DNA from: Podarcis pityusensis
Taxonomy: Eukaryota
Direction: 5' to 3' (one strand)
Assembly (NCBI GenBank): GCA_964106645.2
Contig: OZ067040.1
Length of the DNA: 64,000 nucleotides
The notes under the pieces were generated by a model. The model was not told where the DNA came from. It saw only the letters and a program-made list of their open reading frames with translations, and ran no database searches. Below, in pieces: positions 38,815-51,500 of this stretch (positions are counted from its first letter, which is position 1; every line of letters starts with the position of its first letter). Position numbers and translations under genes: made by a program.

Positions 38815-39136
38815 AGCAGGTTGCCCTGTGGTCTAAACCACTGAGCCTCTTGGGTTTGCCGATCAGAAGGTCGGTGGTTCAAATCTGCGCAACGGGGTAA
38901 GCTCCCAGCTTCTGCCAACCTAGGAACTCAAAAGCACGCCAGTGCAAGTAAATAAATAGGTACTGCTGTGGCGGGAAGGTAAATGGTGTTTCCGTGCACT
39001 CTGTTTTCATCATGGTGTTCCGTTGTGCCAGAATCAGTTCAGTCATGCTGGCCACATGACCCAGAAAGCTGTCTACGAAAAACGCCAGCTCCCTCGCCCT
39101 GAAGCTTGATGAGCACTGCACCCCACAATCACCTTT
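38815..39136 (+). mobile_element. Sauria SINE, diverged and internally deleted
   Basis: CTGTGGTCTAAACCACTGAGCC...CAGAAGGTCGGTGGTTCAAATC...AAATAGGTAC...CATGCTGGCCACATGACCC aligns to 61740-62101. Confidence 0.85.
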
Positions 39137-39489
39137 AAAGAGGGATGCCCCTTACAAGAAACCCAGCCCAATGAGAAGTAAACCTATTTAGTGTTCTCAC
39201 AATGCTGACTATTGAGGAGATGGGGAGAAAAGTAGCGTTGGAATTATGTGGAACGGAGTGGATGGAAACCTGAACAGTAGCAGTCTACACGGCAAGAACT
39301 TTGAGGAAGCGCCCCAACTGTACTTCCTTAAAATTGTGTTTTAGAAATCTCTGATATTTCCAAACAAACAAGAGGGCTACAGTTTAAACACACATATATG
39401 CTACAGTCCTACGTAAACAAGCTTGGAAAGAAGCACTAAGGCAACAAGTGGAGCTTACTGCTCATCAGATCAGATTGGAGGTGTTAAAG

Positions 39490-39737
39490 CACGGGTAGGC
39501 AAACTAAGGCCCAGGGTCTGGATCCGGCCCAATCGCCTTGTAAATCCGGCCTGTGGACGGTCAAGGAACCAGTGTGTTTTTACATGAGTAGAATGTGTGC
39601 TTTTCTTTAAAATGCATCTCTGGGTTATTTGTGGGGCATAGGAATTCGTTCATTCCCCCCACCCCATATAGTCCAGCCCCCCACAAGGTCTGAGGGACAG
39701 TGGACTGGCCTCCTGCTGAAAAAGTTTGCTGACCCCG
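39490..39737. mobile_element. hAT (Buster/Charlie-type) MITE, same family as 8772
   Basis: Same internal sequence as 8772-9020. Perfect 8-bp TSD TGTTAAAG (39482-39489, 39738-39745). Confidence 0.9.
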
Positions 39738-40381
39738 TGTTAAAGCTTAGGTGAAGCTGAGTGAGGTCCACCATCAAGCACACAAAAAAGTACAGTGAGG
39801 GATTGCATTTCTGCTATTGGCAACCGCGTAGAGCATTTAACAAAAGGAACAAGAGCCCACCCCACAATAATAAGCACTTGCCTTCCTACCACCCATACAT
39901 GAACCCACAGTGAAACTGCACCACAAACGCTTCCCTCAGGCACTCACTTATGCCTCTCTATAATCTCCAAGACGATCTGAATGAGATTTCTCCAAATGCC
40001 TATTTCAATGCTGTTTTCAAAGAAACACAGCGCTAATTTTAGGAAGCGCTGCCCCGAAGGACAGAAATGGCACGAAAGCGAGTTGTACTGAACTGTAGCC
40101 CAAAATAACATTTCCACAGGCAAATGGGTTGCTTCCTCCCAACCAACCATTTCCCATCTTCCTCCTCAAAAGTGTATTTTAAGACAGACTAAATACAGTT
40201 GCTGGAAAAGAGAGTGGTTACAAGCTCAGAGAGCTACTATTTTTTAATCGAAACCTTGATTATTAGCCATTTACAGCCAGGCTGCTCTTGCTGTCTACTT
40301 CTATTAAGCCAACCCAAAAACTAACCGCAGCCAATGGACAAACTGCTGGGTCTGGTGCTTCTATTGTTAGGTGGTTGGTCA

Positions 40382-40413
<32 letters not shown>

Positions 40414-42313
40414 GGCCCATGGAAAAACACCTCATGACGGCAAGTGCTATTCTTGAAGGCAAACCTCCAAATAAAAGGGAAATCCATCAACAAGATCTTG
40501 TAGCACAATCTGTTGCCTATTTTCTTAAAAACAGAAGTTCCTAGAGCTTCTTTCAGATGCACTACATCTAATGCCAAAGGCATTGCATACTAAGCAGGCA
40601 ACATATAGAAAAGAACAGTCTTTTAGCAAACACCAAATATTATTTTAAGGTACCAGCTCTTCTTTTTTTCCTCATGTTTCGCATCTATTTTCTGCTGGCA
40701 CACTCAGCACTTTTATCAATATATGAGTACCAGCACCTTGTTTTATACAAAAAAGCACTCTCTTAGTTCTACATGCCATCTTTAAGTTTGTCTCAACTCC
40801 CAAGAACACAGAAATCCATCTTTTACAAGAGCAGTTGGTTTCTTAAGCATTAGCAGTTAAGTGGTCATGACATTTGCGGTTTACTTTCTGGAAAACATTT
40901 GCAGCCATAGGCTCAAAAGAAAGAGAAGGATTAACTCTCCTAAAGGAAGGTCACAAGCATAATTTAAAAGTGAACCAAGAAGAGCAGCTGTGTCTGTCAG
41001 CCCAATCAAAATTGCCAGCTGGAGAATTTGCCAGCAGTATGATAACAATGCACACCAGATGTCCAATGGAGGTTCTGCAAGTAGGAAAAGATCTCTGGGC
41101 AAACTGAGCTATTAGCCTTGTTAGCATCAATGCCTCATAGGCTGCCTTCAAGCCACATACTACCCTAGTACTACATAAAGTTTAGGATTATAGTACTTCT
41201 AATCTAACACTGAACTTGCCTAGCAATAAAGCAGTAGTAGCACTAGCACTCCTCTCTCCCAAAATACTGACTCTCTGGGAATTAGGGAGATAAGCCATTT
41301 TTCTTGGCATAAAGACATTTGGATGCAGGAAACTGGATACTGTGAGGTGTCATAAGGAACAAGGGCGCAGAGTGCAAGCTGAAGGATTGACATGTCTTCT
41401 TTTTCTGAATCTGTATCAAGTGTCATAACACAAGTCCAGAAGAGCAAGGCATCAAAGCGGCAGATTCCTTTTGATAAGGAATATTTTTATTGTATTTTTT
41501 TTTACAATGCCATAAAATATTCACATATGGCTAAATCAGCAACTGAACTGTACTAGTTTGGCTTGCAATATGACTTGTTAAAATAAAAGCTTGAAAGGAA
41601 AACCTGTCTCTTTAACTTTACTTCCTCACTGAAAACACCTGATTAAAAAGCAACCCAGACATAGTTGTGTTGCTTGTATCTAGACCATTCAATGGGCAGG
41701 CTTATTGTTCCTTAGCTTTCTCAGAGGCAGGCTTAACTTTCCACCCACCACTTCCATCTTATTACAAGCCATTGAAACTTATTTACATCAGTTTCACTTC
41801 ATCAGTGCATCTACTTTTGCTTTATTCCATAACTCTGATCCCAAAAGTATTTAGAGGTCAAAGATCTGAATGCAACTTTCAACTTGACAAAGCAGAAGGA
41901 GCAAAAGGAAATGCTCTTGCCAATTTTTTTTTAAGTGGATTTGCAGAAGAACACTATTCATTTTCTATTGCTTATAGTCACTATTTCAGGTATGCTATGC
42001 CAGAAAGAAGCCCACTCAAGACATCATGGCCAAGCATAATTTAGTAATTGGGAGCACCCTGTGGCCTATGGTATGAACAACTTAGGAAAAAGGGATGGTG
42101 CATAAGCACAAATAAGCACCTGTGATCATTGAACAAATAGCATGGCCATGATATCTGAACTGGGCCAAGGCCTGGTATGGACATGGAAAGATAGAATCCA
42201 AATTCAACCAGGAAATTTACAACCCTTCAGCATCCTTTATTTTTGTTTTGGTACAAGAAAAGGATAGGGAGAAAACACACCCCAAAATAACCACAATTTT
42301 TTACACACTAAGT

Positions 42314-42638
42314 CAGGGGTCAGTAAACTTTTTCAGCAGGGGGCCGGTCCACTATCCCTCAGACCTTGTGGAGGGCTGGACTATATTTTGAAAAAAAAAT
42401 AAAATGAACAAATTCCTATGCCCCACAAATAAGCCAGAGATGGATTTTAAAGAAAAGCACGCATTCTACTCATGTAGAAACACCAGGCAGACCCCACAAA
42501 TAACCCAGAGATGCATTTTAAATAAAAGGACACATTCTACTCATGTAAAAACACGCTGATTCCCGGACCGTCCACAGGCCGGATTTAGAAGGCGATTGGG
42601 CAGGATCCAGCCCCCGGGCCTTAGTTTGCCTACCCATG
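42314..42638. mobile_element. hAT (Buster/Charlie-type) MITE, same family, inverted, with a 71-bp internal tandem unit
   Basis: CAGGGGTCAGTAAAC...GTTTGCCTACCCATG. TSD CACTAAGT/TGCTAAGT. Confidence 0.9.
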
Positions 42639-42662
42639 TGCTAAGTATTATTTGTGACTTAC

Positions 42663-42736
42663 CTTAGCTTTGCCATCCTGTGCTGACATATACCCGACAC
42701 ACATGCTCTCTGTTGTATGACTCCACAGGAACTCTA
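42663..42736 (-). CDS. TASP1: Taspase 1 penultimate coding exon
   Basis: 74 nt encoding (V)EFLWSHTTESMCVGYMSAQDGKAK. TAG acceptor, GTAAGT donor, phase 1/0. Confidence 0.96.
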
Positions 42737-43343
42737 CTATGGGTTTAAACACAACAGTAATGCTTTACTTATTAAGTGTAAAAGAAAGCCCATGTAGAGC
42801 CATGCTCACAGATAGCAAGAGAAATCATGCTAAATTACAGGCAGATAGCTAGGATTATCCATGTCTTCCCTTCAGGAGAGCATAGTAGAAGACCCTAGCC
42901 ACATACTATCCCCCATATTCTTTGGTGAATAGAAGAGGCAATTTTCACCAATTTCCCCTGCAGCACCCTGCACTCTCCCAGTCACATTCCATTGCAGGGG
43001 CTCAGGGAACCCTTGAAAACAGAATGTAAGGTAGCACGAAGCAGGGAGGGGGCAGAGTAAGAAAAGAATAATTGGCAAAAACGGCTTTCTTCCTGCTTTC
43101 ACTCATCGAAACCTTTCATGGAACAAGCAGTCTTCCGCAAATGGAGGAACGAAACTGGAAACAGCCAACAGTAAAATTCTGACATCTAGACAGCTTTATG
43201 GGCTATAACTAATTGATATGAGTTGTAATTTGTTGACATCCATTCATCTTCCCCCAGCTCTCACAAGCTGTAGTTAATGTAATATATCTAAATTAAAGAA
43301 CTTAAAAATAAGATATTCAGTAGGGCTTTCTTCGCACACTTAC

Positions 43344-43454
43344 CTAGTAGAGACTGCTTATCCTGTGGAGAGTTCGACTCTGCAGAACACCGACAAGATC
43401 GAAGAACTATCACACCTCCGAGAACACCATCCTCGTTGGCTAGAAAAGGTGAAC
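43344..43454 (-). CDS. TASP1: Taspase 1 internal exon
   Basis: 111 nt encoding (S)SPFLANEDGVLGGVIVLRSCRCSAESNSPQDKQSLL(V). CAG acceptor, GTAAGT donor, phase 1/1. Confidence 0.96.
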
Positions 43455-46107
43455 CTGGGTGGAAATTTGGGGCGGGGGGGGGGAGAACAATGAAAATCGA
43501 TTTTTTAAAAGTGCACTATATAGTACATATTTGCCTCCATATGTTTTAAAACAAGTAGCATTTTTCTGTGTATCTGAGGAATCACTTGAGTATGCAAAAA
43601 ATAAAATAAAAAATCTCCCTTGTCTGCTGGTGGTCCCATTTCTCTGTCCTTCACATCAAATTAGGCCCATTACATTTCTCATTAGAGGAAATGATAAAAG
43701 ATACAATTCATGTTCAACCAGGAGCGTTTACTGCAAGACGCATGCTAATGCATGTGGTCATTATCTTCCCATAGAGGCCAACATGTGTCTCCCATATGTA
43801 GAATCAACCACCTCACTCCTGTCCAAGGTTGTGCAGTGCAGGTTACTCAGTACACATGTAAAGTTAAGAGCTTGTTTGTGTTCCGGTATACCCTGCACCA
43901 TATAGGAAAGGGAGGGAGGATCCAATTAAGCCCTATAGCAGAGGTGAGGAATCTTTTCCAGCTCAAGGGTCACATTTCCTCCTGGGCAAACTTCTGGAGG
44001 CTGCAGGCAAGTGCTGGGCAAAGCCAGAGACAAAAGTGGGTGAAGATTCTTAACCTCTGTACACCAAGGAGTACTATATAGCACATTCGAGCCATAGAGA
44101 AGTCAGAGGTTTCTGCACACACATCTCTCCACCCAGGCAAGCAACTGGCAGTAACACACATTCCAGCCATCTGACTGGGTTGCCCTAAGGCCATAGAGCA
44201 GGGCCATTGATGGGTATGGCCTCAGACAGAGGAGTGGCCTAGAAGACAGCATTAGGCCCAGGCGCTCCCTACAGAATCCCATCCCATACTGCCAGAGGCA
44301 TGGATCACTCACTCAGATTGAAGCATTTCAGCCACTCTTCAAAGCATTTTGAAACATTCTTTTCTTGTGTTTTCAAAGAAGAATAAGCACGCTACCACTG
44401 AAGTGACAATAAACAGCAGGTCCTAAATTACTGGGACTTCTACGAGTTGCAGTACCCACTACTAAAAAAAGCTGGCCAAAGTCATTGCTGTTTGCATCCT
44501 GTGCTTTCCGAGCTGAGAAGCCTGTCAGAAACATTGGCAAGAGAGCAGAAAACAACTGTCTGACAAATGTTTCCTTTCAAATTCAAAACATGCTTTTTTG
44601 AAAAAAGGTGCTATACCAGAAGCTGTAATTATTTTTAAATTAGCCAAATAAAACTTATGCATTCCCCTTTTGTGTGACTTGAAATTAATGTCATACGCTT
44701 TCAGAACGTGGAAAGTATTTTATGGTTTAAATATGACCTAAACATCTTAAGCCACAAGATTAAATGCAAATGTAACAAGTTAGTTAAGGCCAAAAAGTCT
44801 TTGATCACACATTTGCTAAATGTTTATTGCCCTAAATATTGAGCAACAACAGTGAAACACAACCATTTCATTTATTTTTACTTGAGAAAAACGTACGTTT
44901 ATGACAATTTTTTTTAACCTTGGACAAAGATGTGTTTTTTCATCATAAGGTCTTTGAGTACTCTGCACAAAGATGGTACAAAACACTGAATGTAGATCCT
45001 GTGCAAAAGCTGCTGGAGGCCAAGAGGCCTTGAGCAGCAGCACTGCCCGAAACAGAGTTCAGTCTCTACACCCATCCCAAAAGAAGTGCTCAAGGATTTT
45101 GGTATCCATTCCACAGACTGTCACATTCTAGCAGAAAAGTTCCTGAGATTCCACAAATCAATTAGCAATTAGTCAAGTAAAATCCTGAGCACTCTAAATA
45201 TTAACACCGTAATTTTTTGTGGGGTGGGGTGAGGCTAGAAACATCAATCTAGGTGGCAGCCCAATCAAGTTGTTTAACTAGCTTGTCCCACTGATTTCTA
45301 TGGGACTTTAAGTGCAACTAACTTTACTTGCTTTATGGACCACTATCAACAGATGTCCTTCCACTCATGGAAAGATTGCTTTATACCACACCAAAAAAGT
45401 GAAAACTTAGGGCCACACTACAAGTGACTGTCATATGGTTAGCCTGGGAGTGCAGGCTTTTTTATAAAAAAAAGCAAGGACTTGGAGGTGGGCATTAACC
45501 TTTTGCTCCCTGCTACAACTCTAATCTGGAGCAGCCCCCCAAACTCTGCTATTTGCATGGGTAACAGTGCTTGTACTGGAGCCAATCTCTTCACCATGCG
45601 GGAAGAATGAGAGAGATTTTAAACTTCAAGCCTCTAGCTAGAACAACCAAACTTGAGAAAGCACTGTTTGCTTCATGATTGCTGCAAGATATGTCTGCAG
45701 TACATAGCTGGGTAGCTAAGGATATGAAGGTAACATAACGTTAATCTTAGGGATATAGTTCAATCTATTTCACAAAGCCATGAGCTAATTACTACTCCAA
45801 GTAACAGCTACAATTAGTTTCTCCAATACCGGTACTTAACTTTTGAGGAGCACAAATGTTTTGAGGAGGCAAAAGGTTTAACTGATAAGCTACCTTTCAC
45901 AGATAAAAACTCAGCCGCTGAACAGAACCTAGGAACCAATGTAAGCCTGGCTCACAAACAGGAACTTTGAGGCCGGGCCTGACAAATAAGGAGTACTCCA
46001 GGACCTTAAAAATGGGTGGGAAATATGATCTATCAAATGAACACAAAGACCCCAGGAACCCCCTAACCTTCCCAAAAAGTATCTGAGAGACCTAGGAGAT
46101 TCACAGT

Positions 46108-46236
46108 GATAGAATCATATAACTGTAGAGTTGGAAGTGATCCTGAGGATCATCTATGTATCTGTCCCATACGGGGATTGAACCTGCAACCTTGGTGTTA
46201 TCAGAACCACACTCTAACCAACTGAACTACCCAGGC
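46108..46236 (-). mobile_element. tRNA-Ile-derived SINE with CR1-type tail
   Basis: - strand GCCTGGGTAGTTCAGTTGGTTAGAGTGTGGTTCTGATAACACCAAGGTTGCAGGTTCAATCCCCGTATGGGACA is colinear with vertebrate tRNA-Ile, then AGATGATCCTCAGGATCACTTCCAACTCTAC...ATGATTCTAT (CR1-like 3' end). Confidence 0.85.
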
Positions 46237-48146
46237 ATGTCTGACCTTTTCAAGGGACAATTTTTTTATGGCCGGCTTTATGAATCAATATGCCTGCCCA
46301 CCCCTCCTCAAAAGCCAAAGAGGGAACTTACTCTGGTTACAATAATTTCGAGAAAGGCTGCAGCAGCCTGCTCATGGGCTTTCCCTTCATTTTGGATTTC
46401 TGAAGATTTAAATTTATCTAAACAGATTGCAGGTTCCACCCACCTTCAAAAACATATTTTTGAATAATGCCCATCTGCCCCAGGATGACCATTGGTCAGA
46501 ATGGATGGATATTGTAGTCCAACAAAGTCTGGAGGGCATCAGGTTGGGGAAAGCTTTAAATACTAAAAACAGGAAGACTTCAAATACAATTTTTAACGTT
46601 AATTAACAATTCCGACATATAAATGGATAACATAACCAAGCTATCATGCTCTTTGCCATCTATCATGTTACTAGTCCTTTGTTTATGCTCTAGGACGCAA
46701 TGAATTTTAAACATGTTATTCCCAATTCTTTTTTAAAATCAACATTTCCCCACTGTAACTATTTAATAACTAACATAGCTGAGTAACGTTAATTACGACA
46801 TGAATTTTATTAGGTTCATATTCAATAAAGAAATTCCTGGGTCCTAACCTCATTCTTACTTATTCTAGTGCAATAAAGGAAACTTTGCAACATGTCATTT
46901 CCATACCAAAGCATCTTTACTGTGTAAGGGGAAAACATGTACCATGTGATGTGCGCCTACACGCATGTGAAATTACTTGAGACGCACCATCTCTTTCCAG
47001 GGAAGGAAAGGGGGTGTCAATAAAGGAAAATCCATTTGTGAAACATCTTGACACTTTCTGAATTTGGGTATTTGCTAATATAAATTGTGACTAGGAAGGT
47101 CTTGTAGCCAGGACCATCAAGTAAAAGAAGTAGCAGTAGTACTATGCGGAAAGTGAACAGCAGTTCAAGAATACTTGTCACTCCATTTTTCGAATTCACT
47201 GAAGTTTTTACTAGCAGTATTTTGAGACTTTGAAGTTTGAAATATAAATATTTCTACTACATTTCAAGCTGCATAGTAACATCTAAGCCTGTTCATAAAT
47301 AAAGATTTACTCAAAAATACACACACATAGTAAACAGCAACCATGATTTGCATCAACAGGGTGGTCAGAGGGGAAATGTTACCCAGATTTGTGTTGGGGG
47401 GGGGGAACCCAACTCTAAACTTTTATTGAGAAGATTACATTATTTTCTGGAGGAAGGGATGCAGTAGATCTAGGCTCTAATCCAAAAAGGAACCTCATAA
47501 ACATGGAAGGGCAAGAGTTTTTACTTTCTGTACACTTTTCATAATAGCAGCTAATGCTGCTGAAGAGATAGGCCAGTGTTCAGTTTAAAAGGCAGCCACC
47601 CTCCTCAGTAGTGAGTACCACTGTTGCTTTTCGTAACTGCGAATCATCTGTGTATGCTTTCAGTCTGGGGACAGGAGAAATGACCTGGAAGAGGGAGAAG
47701 AGAAGCAAGAGATGCTGATACCCACAGCATTCTCAAAATTTCTGATGTGCCCAAAGGTTCAAAAAGATGCAACATCTCTTGGGGACTCATTTGAGCCAAA
47801 AAGCAGGGTAGAAAATTGACGGCAAAAAAGCAAAACAAACCAGTAGTCCTAATGGCATCTCCAAGTCCTAAAGGAGCTCTAAAGGATAGCAGCCAAAATA
47901 ATCCCCCTACCCCAATGGATCAGCACAGCTGTCGAAACAAGATCAGAATTTTGTTTCACCTGATTAGTTTCCACTTCATATTAACAGAAAATGAGTTCTT
48001 AGGTTTGATGCTGGTCTACATGTATCAATCAGTGCACACATAAAACCAGTTAATTTATTGTACTATTTGACTCCTTGGTATCTACCATCAAGAACAGACT
48101 GCATGCCATCCCATTTAGTTTTATTATTCTCACACACAGATAAATA

Positions 48147-48588
48147 CAGGCGTCTCCTCACTTACGCACATTTTGACTCATGTGCGACCACCTATATGCA
48201 TAGTGCTGGGAAATAAAGCAAACAATTTAAACTGTAAAAAGGCACAAAAACGGCAAAAATGGTCCGAAAAGAGCAGGGAAACTGCAAAAATGACCCACAG
48301 CCAAGCACTAGGAAGTCTACCTCTGAATCAGAGCCAGGCCTTTCAGGGTACCAGTCTACCCCACCCTCCTTGCCGTTGTTTCCACGTTGTCCTCTCCAGC
48401 GAGGAGGAAGATTGAGAGCCTCCATTCATACCAGTCTGGTAAGTGCTGCTGCTTTTTAAAGGGGTTTTTTCATGAGGTTCCAGGCTTTTAGAGGGTGTTT
48501 ACAGGCTTTTTAGATGGTGTTCCCCACTATTTAACATATACCCGCAGTACCTGGGAACGTAACCCCTGCATAAGTGGGGAGACACCTG
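48147..48588. mobile_element. Tc1/mariner-superfamily non-autonomous element
   Basis: TA|CAGGCGTCTCCTCACTTACGCA...TGCATAAGTGGGGAGACACCTG|TA: 22-bp imperfect TIRs with TA duplication. Confidence 0.85.
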
Positions 48589-51500
48589 TATTCACATACA
48601 AATTGAGTTTTCTGTCATAACTTTATGAAACATGAATGTGGATCAACATACTGCAATATTAAATTGGATACGTAAGAAAAAGTGTTTTTCTTCTCTGCAG
48701 TGTCTGTTGTCAGTCTTAAAGGCTATACATTATACTGTATGTGCACAGGTACAAATATAACATCTGCAAAGCAGTATTTGTGCTAGAAACTGCTCGGAAA
48801 TGTTTTCAACAGCCTCTACAGTGTCTGTAATGCAACAAATGCCAAAAGTAAGTCTAATAAATTTATACGGATCACCAGTTTAGTTTTCATCCTACAGAAC
48901 TGTGTACACAAATACTTTCTTTTAAAGAAAAATGGTTGGCTAAATGTTATCAATTATCACACAAAAATATTGCCTTTATGCAACAGCAATATTTAGTTGG
49001 GACAACGCACGGTTTAGATGGCATATGCTCAAGGGAGACAGATGATCATGCCAATAATTCTTTGGTACCAATCAGATTCCAAGGTTTTGTTTTGTTTGTT
49101 TTTTAGAACAGCTTTTAAACCAAGTTAGATGGAAACAATCCAAAAATTCAATAGACCTTTGGCTCCGCTTGCATGGCAACAAGCAATGGGGTACAGCAAG
49201 GAAGCTTTCAGTGGGTTTTGAGACCTACTTCACAGTACGCTTTGGCGAGGTGGGGGCTGGAACAGCCAGGTCTCCACTCAAAGGTTTTTCCTTTCCATGT
49301 TAATGATGTGAATGCATGTGTTACTGTTTCTAGGTCAGAACTGAAAACAAAGTGTACTTTTTAAACTAGACTTTATAGGGTTCTAAAGTTCCATAATCAA
49401 AAGGCTTCAAGCTAGCTAATGAGTTTCATGGAGAAAAATGATGAAGGAATTTCCATTTTCCTTTTAAAAAACAATTCGCTTGCGTGCCCATGATAATGTT
49501 GGAAAGGATGCTTGGTTCTGCATGCATGTTTCAGTATGCCTGAAGTTCCATACTTACAATTTAAAAATCATTTTGTACTTTCAGAGTATATTGAAGAAAT
49601 GAAAGCATTTTCTTCAACAAAAACAAACTCACTTGTTAGCTACTGTTAATTAGGCGTCCTGCACAGAAACAAATAATAATAACTTTCCCTGCCACTGGTT
49701 AACATTTCCCCCTTTTTTATATCATCAAGGAGGTGGTACAACTAAGGAAACAGGGTGAGCACTTCAGGACAGCAGAGAAAGCCAGTAAGAAGGTTTTGAT
49801 TGACAGACCTAGACTAACACCCACACCATTTATTTAAAGCAATCTTTTACCACTTTAACATTTGTAGCTTCACCCAAAGAATTGTAGGAACTGTAGCTTA
49901 AAAGTGCTGGGAACTGTAGCTCTGTGAGAGGGTGTCCTGGCTAGATGTCATCAACCAAAAGGAAAGGCTGCTACCCCAAAACTATATGGACCTTTGATAG
50001 GTCTGTTGCTCTCCTCAATGCTTCTCTAGGGCAATTTGGATTCTCCCCACACAGAATTACAGGGTGGGGCATCAACAATGAGCTAGCTGATGGGACCTCC
50101 TTCCTTCTCTTGGTTAAAAAAAAAGTATATCTGAAGGTAAAGGACTATTTAGAACGCTTCCATCTGTCTATGCCTGATGAATGGTGATACCATGGGGACA
50201 GCAAGACAGCTGCTTCATTCTGGAGGTGGGGCATCCTTTTTGGCCACAGAAGCAGCCACCACAAAATGATAAAACTGCAAGGAGAAGATTCAAATAAATA
50301 CTCCCTTTGCAAAACAATGCAAGCATTAAAAAACACACACGAAAAAACACCACTATCAGGTTTCCAAAGGTTTAAAAGTACTTTACATGCAATTCTACAC
50401 ATATTTCCATTGTTAGCTTCCCAATCTGCCTGCCTGCAAAACAGGATAAACATTCCACAAGCTGCATTCAACAAACTTGGCTGAATTTGAAAGGACTAGA
50501 CGAGTTATAAAATCCACTGTTCTTTATGAAATATGCTTATGTATACAGAATACCATTTCCACTCTGCATCAGACCATTGTGTACATCATCCTACATCTTC
50601 ATTAAACTATCTGTATAAAAAAAATAAACAAACCAGGTACTCTACTGTTAACTCAATCATCATTTATGTCCTCCGCAGTGCTTGCTATAAATATCAGATG
50701 ACAAAAGACCATCTGCCACTAATTCTGCCCATCACCTTTTTTAAAAAATAAATAAATCCTGATGTTAAGTCAGGTATTCCTAAGTGGGAAGAAATATTCC
50801 CAAGCCTCTGTAGATATCTGAATTATGAAAAAAAGTTGGGGGGGGGGGGGAGAAGGAACATCAGCAGAAGTGTGGTGGAAAAAAAGCTGTATTCAGCTGC
50901 CCTTGAGGCTAATATTTTCAGTTCTGACTATCCTTTTCAGTTATTTCTTGCCGAGCTATTATTTCTCTAAAGATCTGTACTGTTATAGTAGACATTTTAA
51001 TGTTACCATAAAGCATGCTACTTTTTAAAAAAAATTAAATTTGAGAACAAGTCATACTGTCATAAGAAGGCTATTAGCCTATTTTATTCACAGTTATTTC
51101 ATAGGAGAGGGAAAACCTGCATCATACATTACACCTCAAGCAAACTTTTGTATCATTTAAAATCAACAGCAGGAAAGTTTTTAAGAAAAGAGCTATTCAG
51201 CATATGCCCAGTATTTTTGCATAACCTCTTAGGTGTACTTTTGCAAAAAGTTAGCTGTGCCGATTCCGAGAAACGGCAGCTTTTAGCAAACCATATGCTG
51301 GGGTTTCAGGACTCTTTGGACCCAACACTGAAATATTCTGTCTCTAAAAAGTTCCCTTTCAACATTTCAGTTAAAACACAGTAGGGCTCCCCCCACCTTC
51401 ACACAAGGTTATCAGCACAGAAAGGCATGTGTTGTACTTTAAAAGGCTCTAAACATCCCTTTCATAAACATTCTTATAAAAATACAGTAGTGTTTTGTGA

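Noticed and set aside
46162-46236. Functional tRNA-Ile(GAT) gene
   Set aside because: Acceptor, D and anticodon stems have mismatches and CpG decay, there is no poly-T terminator, and it is fused to a CR1-like tail with a second similar copy. It is a SINE head.
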